The notes beneath the pieces were generated by a model, which was given only the letters and a program-made list of their open reading frames with translations, ran no database searches and was not told the DNA's origin. A stretch of 64,000 nt of DNA, taken from IMG/VR virus record IMGVR_UViG_3300025922_000012. One strand, given 5' to 3'. Shown piece by piece: positions 9,616 through 19,387 of the stretch (its first letter is position 1; each line of letters opens with the position of its first letter). Position numbers and translations under genes: made by a program. This stretch comes from an uncultured virus (IMG/VR IMGVR_UViG_3300025922_000012) (lineage: Duplodnaviria > Heunggongvirae > Uroviricota > Caudoviricetes).

Positions 9616-10080
9616 CTACGGCCGTTCCAGTTCGATAGTGGCTTGGACGACGATGTTTCCCATCGCTCCAGCGATTTTGGCTGCGACGGATCGGTTGATC
9701 AACATCGTGTGCAGCGCCGGGACAACAGAAGCGGTCGCACTGCGATCGACGTAGGGAATGTTCAACCCGTCGATGTAGTAGTAGTACTGCGCGTAGGTTC
9801 CGGAGTTGACCCGCCGCGCATCCGCCGCATTGAACCCCCACATCCCGAGGAACTGATCGACACCAAAATCGGTGTTCTGGAAGGCGCTCGATCCGAACAG
9901 CCACAGTTCCCATGACAAGTTCTGCACACTGATGATCGATAACGCCGTCACGCGCAGGGGGTTCGCCACCGCCTGCATCGTCGTCGGCAGGGCGAGATTT
10001 TCGTTCTCGCTGGCATTCTGGGCGATGGCGTCCGTGTACTGCGTGCCATCGTTCGATCGAACCAATCCGAGAACTTTCAT
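9616..10080 (-). CDS. Beta-rich structural protein
   Basis: AGGAG SD; located between fibre genes. Confidence 0.55.
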   Translation of the reverse strand: MKVLGLVRSNDGTQYTDAIAQNASENENLALPTTMQAVANPLRVTALSIISVQNLSWELWLFGSSAFQNTDFGVDQFLGMWGFNAADARRVNSGTYAQYYYYIDGLNIPYVDRSATASVVPALHTMLINRSVAAKIAGAMGNIVVQATIELERP

Positions 10081-10089
10081 CCCGCTCTC

Positions 10090-10305
10090 CTACGGTGCCT
10101 CTTGCAGCACCTGAACTTGCCGCGCCAGCGTATCCACCCGTGCCGAGAGTCGCTGAAGTTCCGCCCGTATGTCAGCCACGCCCTGCATTTGCGTCAACGC
10201 TCCCACCTTCACTTCCACCGATCTAATCGCCGCCGAGAGCCGCTTCAGGTTCTCCGTGACTTCGTAGGGCGTCTTCCCGAACGTCGTCAGGAGTTCAACG
10301 GGCAT
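10090..10305 (-). CDS. Short coiled-coil protein (needle-like?)
   Basis: Heptad pattern, 71 aa, in tail module. Confidence 0.5.
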   Translation of the reverse strand: MPVELLTTFGKTPYEVTENLKRLSAAIRSVEVKVGALTQMQGVADIRAELQRLSARVDTLARQVQVLQEAP

Positions 10306-10488
10306 TTACTTCCCTGGTGCCGGGAGTGCCCCGATCTTGGCGGCGTTCGCATTCAGGAACCCAATGACTTCGTGGAGCGCCTTGTGATCTATATAGATAT
10401 GGATCGCTATCAACCAGATGAAACCCGCTAGGGCCATCCCGAGGAAGCCTTGTACAAGAGGCGCGAAGGCCTTGAAGCGTGTCCACAT
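10306..10488 (-). CDS. Small single-TM protein
   Basis: MWTRFKAFAPLVQGFLGMALAGFIWLIAIHIY; AAGGAG SD. Confidence 0.65.
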   Translation of the reverse strand: MWTRFKAFAPLVQGFLGMALAGFIWLIAIHIYIDHKALHEVIGFLNANAAKIGALPAPGK

Positions 10489-10531
10489 AGTTTGTCGTCT
10501 CTCCTTGGCCTGAGAGTATACCCCGGCTGCC

Positions 10532-12136
10532 CTAGAAGGCCGCGCAACTTCCGGCGATGCTGTCGGCGGATCCCCATGCCGCCGCTGCGCCACTGGAGAT
10601 GGTTTGGTTCTGAAGCGTCACCGTCGTCCCAGTCGATCCCGTCTGGATCGTCCGAATGTCTGCACGATTCGCCGCTGCGGCCGTCAAGTTGACGACATTG
10701 CAGACCCATCCGGTGCCAGCCGCTGGTAATCCAATGACGCCTGATGTGGCGATGCCGCCTGTCCCGACATTGATCCGAAACGCCGCTGCCGTTCCGGCCA
10801 CGCTTGGACCGGTACCAAACCCTGAACTGATCGTTGGAGCAGTTCCAGAGAACGTCACCACCGTCGTCAGTTTGACCGTAGGTGCTTGGATGGACGTGAC
10901 CGTGGGATCCGCTGAATAGGCCGGAGCAGTCGCCGCGCCTTGCGAGATCAGGACTTGCCCAGTCGCGACCGCTGCGCGACCTCCGAGCGTCGTCCCGTTG
11001 ACGGCGTAGAGCAGATCCCCGGTCGTATAACTCGTCAGTCCAGTTCCTCCGTTCGCAATCGGCAGTGTTCCGGACACATGCGTGGTCAGACCGATCTTTC
11101 CCCATGCCGGAGCCACACCGATCCCGCCTGAGAGCAACGCATTGCCTGTGGCGATGTCGGCCAGTTTGCTCAGGGCCGTTGCGCCTGAAGCGTAGAGCAG
11201 ATCCCCGATGGTGTACGAGGTTTGTCCGGTGCCGCCTTGCGCGGCCGTCACGGCGGCATTCGTTGTCAGAATCGTCGTCGCCGCATCTGGGAAGGTATAG
11301 ACCCGTGCGACGGTTGGGCCTGCGGCCGTGAAGTAGGCGATTCCTGTTCCTCCGTTGGCTGTGGGGAGGATCCCTGAGACATCGGCGGTCAAACTTGCTG
11401 CGGCCCATGTCGGTTCCCCTCCGGCATTCCCGTGGAGGAGTTGCGTCGTCGTGCCTAATCCTGCCGCAAGGCTGTTCGGAACGACGCCAGCCCCGCCACC
11501 GACGATGAGGATGTTATCCGTGAGCGCCGCCGAACTGGCGAGTGTCCCTGCGGCCGTATAGGCGAGGATCCCACCTGACGTACCAGCCGTGAGGCCAGTC
11601 CCTCCACGTGCCACCGTCAGCGTCCCTGAGGTATCTGTCGCCAACGCTACCGTCGCGCACGTCGCCGCGCCGACAAGGCTCAGGCTTCGGACAAACTGAT
11701 TCGTGCAGGACGTGCCCGCGTAGGCGACTGGAACGCCGGTTGTCGTCGTGTTCAGGATCAACGCCGTCGCCAGTGACGACATCGCCGTTTCATTTGTCAG
11801 CGACGTTTCCGAGACGCGCGTCCAGTAACTCGCATCGATCGGATTCCCGCCAGATCCGGTGATCGTTGCCCACGTCCCGCCGCTGTTTTTGACTTGGATA
11901 TTCCCGCCATTGTCACGAAGTCCGTACCCGGTCGCATCGGAGCCGGTGCCCCAATTAATGTAGTCACTCGCCGTGATCCGCAGGCGGGTGTACGGCGTCA
12001 CCCCGGTAATCAACGCATTCACGGCGATGGCTATTTGCGTGTTCACGGTCTGCCCGCCAAGCGGACTGGCGAGAACCGCAAACCCTAGAACCGCTACACC
12101 GATCCATTTCCAGCGTCGTGTCATCATGCGTCTCAT
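10532..12136 (-). CDS. Tail fibre with GGTG repeats and N-terminal signal peptide
   Basis: GTLTVARGGTG, GILPTANGGTG, AAQGGTG, GTLPIANGGTG repeats; leader MRRMMTRRWKWIGVAVLGFAVLASPLGG-Q; ATGA overlap with upstream stop. Confidence 0.8.
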   Translation of the reverse strand: MRRMMTRRWKWIGVAVLGFAVLASPLGGQTVNTQIAIAVNALITGVTPYTRLRITASDYINWGTGSDATGYGLRDNGGNIQVKNSGGTWATITGSGGNPIDASYWTRVSETSLTNETAMSSLATALILNTTTTGVPVAYAGTSCTNQFVRSLSLVGAATCATVALATDTSGTLTVARGGTGLTAGTSGGILAYTAAGTLASSAALTDNILIVGGGAGVVPNSLAAGLGTTTQLLHGNAGGEPTWAAASLTADVSGILPTANGGTGIAYFTAAGPTVARVYTFPDAATTILTTNAAVTAAQGGTGQTSYTIGDLLYASGATALSKLADIATGNALLSGGIGVAPAWGKIGLTTHVSGTLPIANGGTGLTSYTTGDLLYAVNGTTLGGRAAVATGQVLISQGAATAPAYSADPTVTSIQAPTVKLTTVVTFSGTAPTISSGFGTGPSVAGTAAAFRINVGTGGIATSGVIGLPAAGTGWVCNVVNLTAAAANRADIRTIQTGSTGTTVTLQNQTISSGAAAAWGSADSIAGSCAAF

Positions 12137-13566
12137 TGAAGCGGAACGTAGGGTAATGCGCCGGGAGCCGATGGACCCCAATCGTCACTGCATTCGGTTG
12201 TGGCTGGCGGAGCCTCTGTCACATTGAGCGGCGCGTACGGCAATTGCCCTGGATCGGCCGGCCCCCAATCGTCCCGGCATTGAACCGTCTCCAGCCCGTT
12301 GTCATCCGTGCCGCGATTCAGGATCAAGCCCCCATCTCCAGTGATCGACGGTCCTGTCCCAATCCCAGTATCCGTAGTTCCACGATTCAAGACGAGGCCC
12401 CCGGAAGCGACGAAGGCGTGTACGACCGCCATCCCGTTGTCGTCAGTCCCGCGATTCAGTACCAACCCGCCGTACCCCACAATGGTTCCGGCCGGAGAGA
12501 CGTTCGTTCCCCCGTTGTCGTTGGTGCCTCGGTTGAGAACCACTCCACCGGAGCCGTCGATCTCGACGTTGTTGGTGCTGGCGATCCCGCCCAATGCCTC
12601 CGTCGTATGGTCAAGTTCTCTGAATCCGGCTGTGACGTACTGCACCAAGTCAGCGGAGTAACAGACGCCCTCCCAATGTACGTTCTCGGTGTCCACGGGG
12701 GACACTTCAGGCGTCCACGTCCCATCCCCGCTGGAGGTCATCACGAGGTAGCCGGTCGTGCGCGGCGTGTTGACTAGTCGCCCAACCGCAATCCATTTGA
12801 GCGGATCCAGCCCGTGCCGAATGCTGTTCCATTGCAGGCCGTTGTTGGGATCCTGCGGCGTGGTTTCAAACACCCACGCATTGTCCAAGTTCCCCGAGCA
12901 GGTCATCACTTGCTGCGTTAGTGTGCCTCCGGTACAGACCGCCGCGAACTGCCCGGAATCATCGACGGCGATGGACTTCCACGCGCGTTTATACAGAACT
13001 TCAAACCCGTGATGCCCCGTCCATGTGATCCCATCCGGCGAGGACATGATGTTGATGTCTACGGAATTATTCGCTAGGGCGACAAATTGCCCTCCGTCGA
13101 AGGTCACGCAGGAGAGTTGCGCGAGCGCATCCGGAAGGGCAGCGGAGGCGGTCCATGTGACACCATCGTTCACGGAGTACATGATCTGCCGATTGCCGAC
13201 CGCCACAAAGATCCCATTGCCATAGGCGACGGCGAACATCGCACGCGCCGCCCCATACGGCGTTGCCGGTTGCAGGGTCCAGTTGATCGCATCTGGCGAG
13301 GTAAAGACGCACTGGTTGCTTGCGGATCCTGACAGACCGACAATCACGGGGGTTGTGACAGACCCGTTCCACGCGAGACTGCGAATGTTTCGGACGTTCG
13401 CAATCGGCTGCGCCGTCCAGTTGATGCTGTCCGGCGAGGTCATCACCTTGTTCGGATTCCCGCCGCCAGCCGCCACGTACAACCCGAGTTTGGACACCCA
13501 GATCACGTCGAGCCAGCCTTGTGTGCCGGCCGAAGGTGTCGTTTCAAGCGTCCAAGTAATCGCCAT
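12133..13566 (-). CDS. Virion protein with BNR/Asp-box-like beta-propeller and C-terminal repeats
   Basis: Repeated SPDSINWT/SPDAINWT/NDGVTWT/SPDGITWT; 4x GG(L/V)(V/I)LNRGTxDxG. Confidence 0.7.
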   Translation of the reverse strand: MAITWTLETTPSAGTQGWLDVIWVSKLGLYVAAGGGNPNKVMTSPDSINWTAQPIANVRNIRSLAWNGSVTTPVIVGLSGSASNQCVFTSPDAINWTLQPATPYGAARAMFAVAYGNGIFVAVGNRQIMYSVNDGVTWTASAALPDALAQLSCVTFDGGQFVALANNSVDINIMSSPDGITWTGHHGFEVLYKRAWKSIAVDDSGQFAAVCTGGTLTQQVMTCSGNLDNAWVFETTPQDPNNGLQWNSIRHGLDPLKWIAVGRLVNTPRTTGYLVMTSSGDGTWTPEVSPVDTENVHWEGVCYSADLVQYVTAGFRELDHTTEALGGIASTNNVEIDGSGGVVLNRGTNDNGGTNVSPAGTIVGYGGLVLNRGTDDNGMAVVHAFVASGGLVLNRGTTDTGIGTGPSITGDGGLILNRGTDDNGLETVQCRDDWGPADPGQLPYAPLNVTEAPPATTECSDDWGPSAPGALPYVPLQ

Positions 13567-13572
13567 CGGTCT

Positions 13573-13980
13573 TTACGCGATCTGCTGCGCGGCGACTTGC
13601 GGAACGACTACGGCCGCATCCCCGTTGACCAACGGCGTGTAGGGCGGAGCCGCCAAGCGTTCCGCGCAGACCAACAAGCCCAAGGAATCCACGATGAAGT
13701 ATCCGTAGACGGTCCCTGGCGCATCCAAGGCCCCGGTGAACACCCACGCTTGGGCGGCGTAGACCGCAATCGTGGGGACGCCGGCCGTGATCGTCCACGA
13801 TGCCGCCGCGAGACTCTTGGACGCATATCCAGCCCCAGAGACTTCGTTGAAGTCCCCGGCGACAGATCCGACAGCCGGAGTCGCGTTATTTCCGAAGAGC
13901 TTCAACGTCCACGGCGCGTGTTCATTGATCCACGCACTGAGGTTGGTCACTTCTTGGGCGTTCGGAATGACGAGTGTCAT
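13573..13980 (-). CDS. Small tail structural protein
   Basis: LKLFGNN...GAGYASKSL...VYGYFIVD pattern of small fibre-associated proteins; GGAG SD. Confidence 0.6.
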   Translation of the reverse strand: MTLVIPNAQEVTNLSAWINEHAPWTLKLFGNNATPAVGSVAGDFNEVSGAGYASKSLAAASWTITAGVPTIAVYAAQAWVFTGALDAPGTVYGYFIVDSLGLLVCAERLAAPPYTPLVNGDAAVVVPQVAAQQIA

Positions 13981-13987
13981 AGTTCTC

Positions 13988-16900
13988 CTAAATCAAAGCT
14001 CCAACCTGCCTCGAAACGCCGCCGAAGGGCTGAGCGACCACATACCCGTTCGGCAAACCCCAGCCCTGAACCCTAACCGAACAATCACGGGCGAACACGC
14101 GGAATGGCGATCCAGACGTAAGCCTGAACCGAACCCACTTGCCCTTCGCCGCGACAAGATTCTGGTAGTAGCGAGAGTACAGGCTGTTCGTGGTCGGCAA
14201 GACGTAATCTTCGGAGTCGTTGTCATGCCACACCGTCAGGATCACCGGGCAGTCGGCCTGATAGGCGATCAGTGCATCCCGCACCGTGAGGTATCCCGGC
14301 AGATCGAACGTCGTCTCTTGGGTCTGCCATTGGGTCGCCGCTTCAGGAGCCGGTTCCCAGACCCATCGCCAATCGAGCAGGTTCCACGGGTTGCTGTCAG
14401 CTCCGATGATCCTGACGAGTTCAGCCACAAACGGCGTCCACGTTCCCGGCTGGATCGGATAGGCGTACTGCACTTCTCCGTCGTGAACAAGCGAGAGGGT
14501 TGTCCCGACGTGCCCGCCTTCGTACTGCACTTCAACCGACTTGGCGACGTTGTAGGTGTTCGCTCGAATGACGACACCTTGAACGAATTTCGCGCCAACA
14601 TACCCGAGATTTTCCCAATCCGTCGCCCGCAGCGCCACCGAAACTTGCTTGGAGAGATAGGACGGCTCCCAGAGGTAGAGGATCGGCCGAGCGGTCGTTT
14701 GGACGCCGGTCAATTGGAGTCCAAAGTTCCGCGCCCAAACCCCTTCCCCGTCCGCGATCTCGATGATCGTTGTCGTTCGGACGGCACTCGCGCCGATCAC
14801 CGTGGCCGTTGAGACAACCGATCCGTTCGCGCTGACCGGCGTCACCGTAAAGCCATCTCCAGCGACCGCATCAATGACCGCATCGCCCCATTGCTTGTCG
14901 GATCGGAGATCCCCGCCATTCGCCCACGGCGGAGACAGCGCCCAATTGATCGCCGTCCCATCGTCAGTAAACTTGGTGGCATCTGCTTGATAGATATTCC
15001 CGTTCAGGCATCCGACGACATTGGCGTAGGCCCCTTGACCCGGCTCATAGAGACGCGCCGTGATCCCTGAAGCGTAGGTATCCAGTGTCCATCGTTTATA
15101 GGCGGGTTCATAGAACAGCGTGTGGTAGGCCCCGGTCGTATCGACGTAATCGAAGTACAACCCGCTATCGACGTACGTCAGCCGCATCTTGTTCGGCTGC
15201 GAGAAGTCTGGTGGATTGATCCCGCGAATCGACTGCGAGGCTCCGCCGTCCTGCGGGAAGATCGGACTTAGATCCGGATCGGTGATTGACACCGCATCAC
15301 TGCCTGCGGCCGTCAGATAGATCCCGTCCTTTCCGACGAAGTAGACCCCTTCTGGAGCCAGCGCAAACGCCCACTTGGCCCAAAGACCTTTCGTGCAGGG
15401 GGTTTCATCGCATCGGAAGGCACTGATGGATCCAAAGGTCGGCACGATCCGCAGGAGTCGATCCGAGGAAAAGACGTAGGGTTGCCCGTCGAAGAAAAAC
15501 CCGTTCATCAACGGTTCGCTGCTGGACGTGACGACGAGCGTGTTCACATAGGCGGTTGCATCCGGATCGTTCCCATGCGTCCAATGGAGCAGGGACGGAT
15601 CGGACGGATCTCCGCACGCGAAGTTGAACCACGCATTCCCAATCGGTCCACCCCAGAGCGCCGGCAACGGCTGCGCCAGTAACCGAGGGGACGGCATCGA
15701 CCAGATAATCGTCGCTCCTTCTCCGCAGTTGTCGATCACTTCCAAGCGACTCACAGACGTGGGCTGACGATAGAGCGCCGTCGCTACACCGTTGACGATG
15801 ATCGTGGAGTCCGCGCCCCATCCGGTATTGAAGTTGTCGCCGGAGACGCGCTGTAGCGAGGTACCGGCGAGTTCCGCCACCCCTGATCGCGGGACATCGA
15901 ACGTCGGCCACGGTTGGAACAGATCCGTGCGGAGCGTTTCCCCGCCGTCGATCTCGCTATCGGATGTCGCGTCGTCAAACGAGATCCCATTCGTGTTCGC
16001 TTGCGTCCCGGCGTACTGCCAGCGGGCAAGGGCTCCCCCGAACCGGAACCAATCGATCACGTCGGTTTGCCCTGCGGCCGAAATCTCTCCCGGTGTCACC
16101 GTGACGAGGCCCCGATGGGGATGGACACCGGCCCGCATGGATGGAGAGGGATTGCTTCGTTCGCCCGTGACGGTTGAACGGAAGCGATACCGATAGACGT
16201 AAGGCGGAAGCGTCATCCCCACGTCAGGCCCATAACCGCCCGTCAGGTAGCAATCCGCATAATCCAGCGTGATCGGATCGGTTGTCCCGAGCACTTGGAC
16301 GGAGATCGCCGCAAAGCCGATGTTGCTCAACGTCCGAGTCGCATCCGTCCCAACCCGCGTCAGATCCGCCACGCGACATTGCAGGGGGATCCATTGGTTA
16401 TCCCCAAGGGAAATCTGCCTAGATGGTGTCGCTCCAGCCGTCACGAAACTGTCCGCGTAGGGCACTTCTTTCGTGAGCCGCCCTTCGCTGTCCACTTCGT
16501 ACGTCGGCGGCGAGAGTTTGTGGCTGACCGGCGATCCCGGAGGCGCGGGAGAATCCGTCGTCAGGACCGGCTGTTGCCCATACTGATCCCCGTAGAGCGA
16601 GTCGGTTTGGCCCTGCGTGACCGCTCCCGCCTGAGCATCGGCCATCGTACCGGTGGGTGCCCCTTCCGTCGCCTGGATCGCACTCAGGAGATCGTTCGCC
16701 CGCCATTCGTAGAAGTAGTAATTCTCCAGAAAGGTCTGCCCACCCGGCTTGTTCACGTCCAAGATCAGCCGGACAGACTGCACGTAGGACAAGGCACTCG
16801 CCTTGAACCCGAACCGGATGATGTCCTCTGGCTGGACCGCTTGGTCGCCTACAAGGCCCCAATTGCGTTCCACGCCGGTCATAGCCGCTTGGATACCCCC

Positions 16901-18052
16901 CACGACCGGATCGGTGTCTGTGGGCGGCGTGAGCGTGTTCTCCACGGCATCGTCCGTGGCGGCGTCACCGGCAGATCGCGTGGTTTGGAGGTACGCCCGG
17001 AATGAGGCGATCCCGTCAATGTTCTGTCCAGCCGCAAAGGTGCCAGCCGTAGAGCAGCGGAACGACTGCCGACCGTCCGGCCCAATCGCCACGGAGAGGA
17101 TCCGGACCGCTTCCGAGCTGTTCAGAAGCACAAGGCTATTGACCGGGAAATCGACCGTCCGAGACACCGTGACTCTCGGAGGCACGGGTTGATTCAGATC
17201 CTCGTACCGGCGTCGGATCTCATCCGGTAACGGTGCTTCGATCTGCCCGACTGAAAAACTGCCTGCCGGTTGGATGGTACAGAGGCCCGTCGCCCCTACG
17301 TCGTAGAGGATCCGGCCGATCGTCGTACTTGAGACAGGCGGATTGACTTCCTGAATGATCACGCTTTCCGTCGCCAGCGTGACCGTCAGGCCCGCAACGA
17401 TTCCCGCCATGTCATCCAAGGCGATCGAGGCCATTCCTGTCGTGCCGCTGTCGTAGAGCAGGTACGTGACCGTTGTATTGACGCGGCTGATGATCGGGAC
17501 GGCTCCAACCGGGGTCACATCCCCGTAACTGACCCACGCGCCCGCATTCACCGATTCCAAATATGTCGTCTGGACTTCACCCAAGGCCGCAGTCGGCGGC
17601 GTGATCGGAGTCGGAATACCAATCGAGTAATCGTTCAACCCGCTGTTGATCTTCCGCATCTGGGTTGAATCCCCGATGTAGAGATACGAACGCGGGGTAT
17701 TGGCGGGAGAGGTCGAAACCGCCGTCAAGGGATTGCCGGAGAACCCGTTGATCTCCAGCGTGTAGGCCCCTGGAACAGTTGGGCCTGAGTAGAGCGAAGC
17801 GCCGACGCCGGCAAAGCGGTAATTGGTCCCGCCGTAGACCGACGTGTCATTCAACCGAAAGAGCGAATGCACCGCCCCGCCCAAGGCTCCAGTGGATTCC
17901 TTCGTCAGCCCCCATCTCGTGCCAATAGTTCCTTCTTGATAGGACCGGACATTAGAGGCGAACGGCGATTTTCCATCGGGTTGGGCGTCTTCAGGGAGCA
18001 GGCAGACCCCTCGATAGAAGAATCGCGCAGGGAGGCGGGAATAGTCCGGCAT
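13988..18052 (-). CDS. Tail nozzle / hub protein (podovirus type)
   Basis: 1354 aa; propeller-like region, YRYRFRSTVTGERSNPSP segment, C-terminal beta-sandwich domains; follows adaptors. Confidence 0.7.
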   Translation of the reverse strand: MPDYSRLPARFFYRGVCLLPEDAQPDGKSPFASNVRSYQEGTIGTRWGLTKESTGALGGAVHSLFRLNDTSVYGGTNYRFAGVGASLYSGPTVPGAYTLEINGFSGNPLTAVSTSPANTPRSYLYIGDSTQMRKINSGLNDYSIGIPTPITPPTAALGEVQTTYLESVNAGAWVSYGDVTPVGAVPIISRVNTTVTYLLYDSGTTGMASIALDDMAGIVAGLTVTLATESVIIQEVNPPVSSTTIGRILYDVGATGLCTIQPAGSFSVGQIEAPLPDEIRRRYEDLNQPVPPRVTVSRTVDFPVNSLVLLNSSEAVRILSVAIGPDGRQSFRCSTAGTFAAGQNIDGIASFRAYLQTTRSAGDAATDDAVENTLTPPTDTDPVVGGIQAAMTGVERNWGLVGDQAVQPEDIIRFGFKASALSYVQSVRLILDVNKPGGQTFLENYYFYEWRANDLLSAIQATEGAPTGTMADAQAGAVTQGQTDSLYGDQYGQQPVLTTDSPAPPGSPVSHKLSPPTYEVDSEGRLTKEVPYADSFVTAGATPSRQISLGDNQWIPLQCRVADLTRVGTDATRTLSNIGFAAISVQVLGTTDPITLDYADCYLTGGYGPDVGMTLPPYVYRYRFRSTVTGERSNPSPSMRAGVHPHRGLVTVTPGEISAAGQTDVIDWFRFGGALARWQYAGTQANTNGISFDDATSDSEIDGGETLRTDLFQPWPTFDVPRSGVAELAGTSLQRVSGDNFNTGWGADSTIIVNGVATALYRQPTSVSRLEVIDNCGEGATIIWSMPSPRLLAQPLPALWGGPIGNAWFNFACGDPSDPSLLHWTHGNDPDATAYVNTLVVTSSSEPLMNGFFFDGQPYVFSSDRLLRIVPTFGSISAFRCDETPCTKGLWAKWAFALAPEGVYFVGKDGIYLTAAGSDAVSITDPDLSPIFPQDGGASQSIRGINPPDFSQPNKMRLTYVDSGLYFDYVDTTGAYHTLFYEPAYKRWTLDTYASGITARLYEPGQGAYANVVGCLNGNIYQADATKFTDDGTAINWALSPPWANGGDLRSDKQWGDAVIDAVAGDGFTVTPVSANGSVVSTATVIGASAVRTTTIIEIADGEGVWARNFGLQLTGVQTTARPILYLWEPSYLSKQVSVALRATDWENLGYVGAKFVQGVVIRANTYNVAKSVEVQYEGGHVGTTLSLVHDGEVQYAYPIQPGTWTPFVAELVRIIGADSNPWNLLDWRWVWEPAPEAATQWQTQETTFDLPGYLTVRDALIAYQADCPVILTVWHDNDSEDYVLPTTNSLYSRYYQNLVAAKGKWVRFRLTSGSPFRVFARDCSVRVQGWGLPNGYVVAQPFGGVSRQVGALI

Positions 18053-19387
18053 CTACTCCACCGTGACCGCTGAGAGTTCTTCTGGGACGGCCTGACGGTC
18101 CTGTTGTGTCTGTCGGAGCAAGGGCCTACGGGACGGCTGGGAGGCTTGCTGCACGTCTACGACAATCCCTGCGGCGGCTGCGGCCCGTTGGTAGAGCGAC
18201 ATCGACAACTGGAGATCCGTGGGGCCGTTCTTAAAGAGCGCGAGATGCTGGCTGTAGTCAAGGATCGAGTCGTAGACATCCTGCCCGAAGTCCAGCACGT
18301 CTCCAGCCAGAGACGGAACCGGCGCGTTCCGCACCACATCCAAGAGGATCGTGAACGGACTTCCCCCACCAGCCCGAGGCCATGTGGCGATCAGGTTCTG
18401 ACCGGCAATGACGAGTGATTCAGGTTCTCCAGGGACCAACTGCCAGAGCGGGCTGTAACTGTCGGCATCAGCGAGCGCGTTGATTGGTGCCACCACCCCG
18501 TCGATCCGACCGGCGAGGACCACCGCTTGTTTCTTGGCGATCTGGACGCCTTGCTGATAGCGCGATTCGCAATAGGCCTGCCGTGCGGGATCCAGTGCGA
18601 GCGCATCCTGTCCGAGGAGATCAGCTAAAGCTCCGAACTTGATCACCCACGCGAGATCGTCAGGAATGCCCAAGACCGTTTCGACGGTCGGATCCAGCGC
18701 CGCGCCACTGTTGACCGACACCAGATCCAAATCCCCGCTGAGGCTTGTCGGCGGGATCAACTGCAAGGTGATCGGCGGAGTCGCTGATGTGGAGTACGCC
18801 GAAGGCGGATCGGTCGATTGCGGCCATGCGGGACTGAAGGCGTTCGCCGCCCATTCATCCGTTCGCAGAACCGGCGTGAGTAATTGAGTCGCGGCCGGCT
18901 TCCATGCGACCCGCCGCACGATCAGGACCGACACCGACAGATCGATCCGGCCATCGGCAGGCGGAGCGCCGTACGTCGTCACCGCATGGCTCAGAATGCA
19001 GCCGGTGTCTCGAAGGAATTGATCCCGTCGCCGTTGGATCGCGGAGTTGATCTGCGCGAGCGTGAATTGTTCGCTCCCGGTCCACGTCCCCCCCGGAGCC
19101 GCAGGCTCCAAGAGCGCATATTCGATGTCGGCCACCAGATCCCAATTCGTCACCGTCTGCGGTCGAAGCGTCGGTAGGACCGTCGCCAGGTCGTAGAACG
19201 ACTGTCCCATGACGGTCGAGAACGACTCCTGATCCCGCCAGAACTGAGTTGTGGCGTTCCAGAACCGCATCGACTCGGAAATATAGCCAGTGATCTCGGC
19301 CGGGAGCCAGTGAATGAACCCTGGATCGTTCAGCCGGGAGGCCAGCGCCACTTGCGCGTCCGCGAGGGTCGGGCTAGTGTATGGCAT
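18053..19387 (-). CDS. Head-tail adaptor / tail ring protein
   Basis: LADAQVALASRLNDPG..W N-terminus and IPDDLAWVIKFGALADLL helix typical of adaptors; position. Confidence 0.65.
   Translation of the reverse strand: MPYTSPTLADAQVALASRLNDPGFIHWLPAEITGYISESMRFWNATTQFWRDQESFSTVMGQSFYDLATVLPTLRPQTVTNWDLVADIEYALLEPAAPGGTWTGSEQFTLAQINSAIQRRRDQFLRDTGCILSHAVTTYGAPPADGRIDLSVSVLIVRRVAWKPAATQLLTPVLRTDEWAANAFSPAWPQSTDPPSAYSTSATPPITLQLIPPTSLSGDLDLVSVNSGAALDPTVETVLGIPDDLAWVIKFGALADLLGQDALALDPARQAYCESRYQQGVQIAKKQAVVLAGRIDGVVAPINALADADSYSPLWQLVPGEPESLVIAGQNLIATWPRAGGGSPFTILLDVVRNAPVPSLAGDVLDFGQDVYDSILDYSQHLALFKNGPTDLQLSMSLYQRAAAAAGIVVDVQQASQPSRRPLLRQTQQDRQAVPEELSAVTVE

Noticed and set aside
7810..13566. Diversity-generating retroelement acting on fibres
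   Set aside because: No reverse transcriptase and no TR/VR nucleotide repeat pair seen
13772..14812. Long plus-strand ORFs such as 13772-14812, 22176-23096 and 58329-59573
   Set aside because: Shadow frames of high-GC minus-strand genes; Arg/Pro-rich with no motifs
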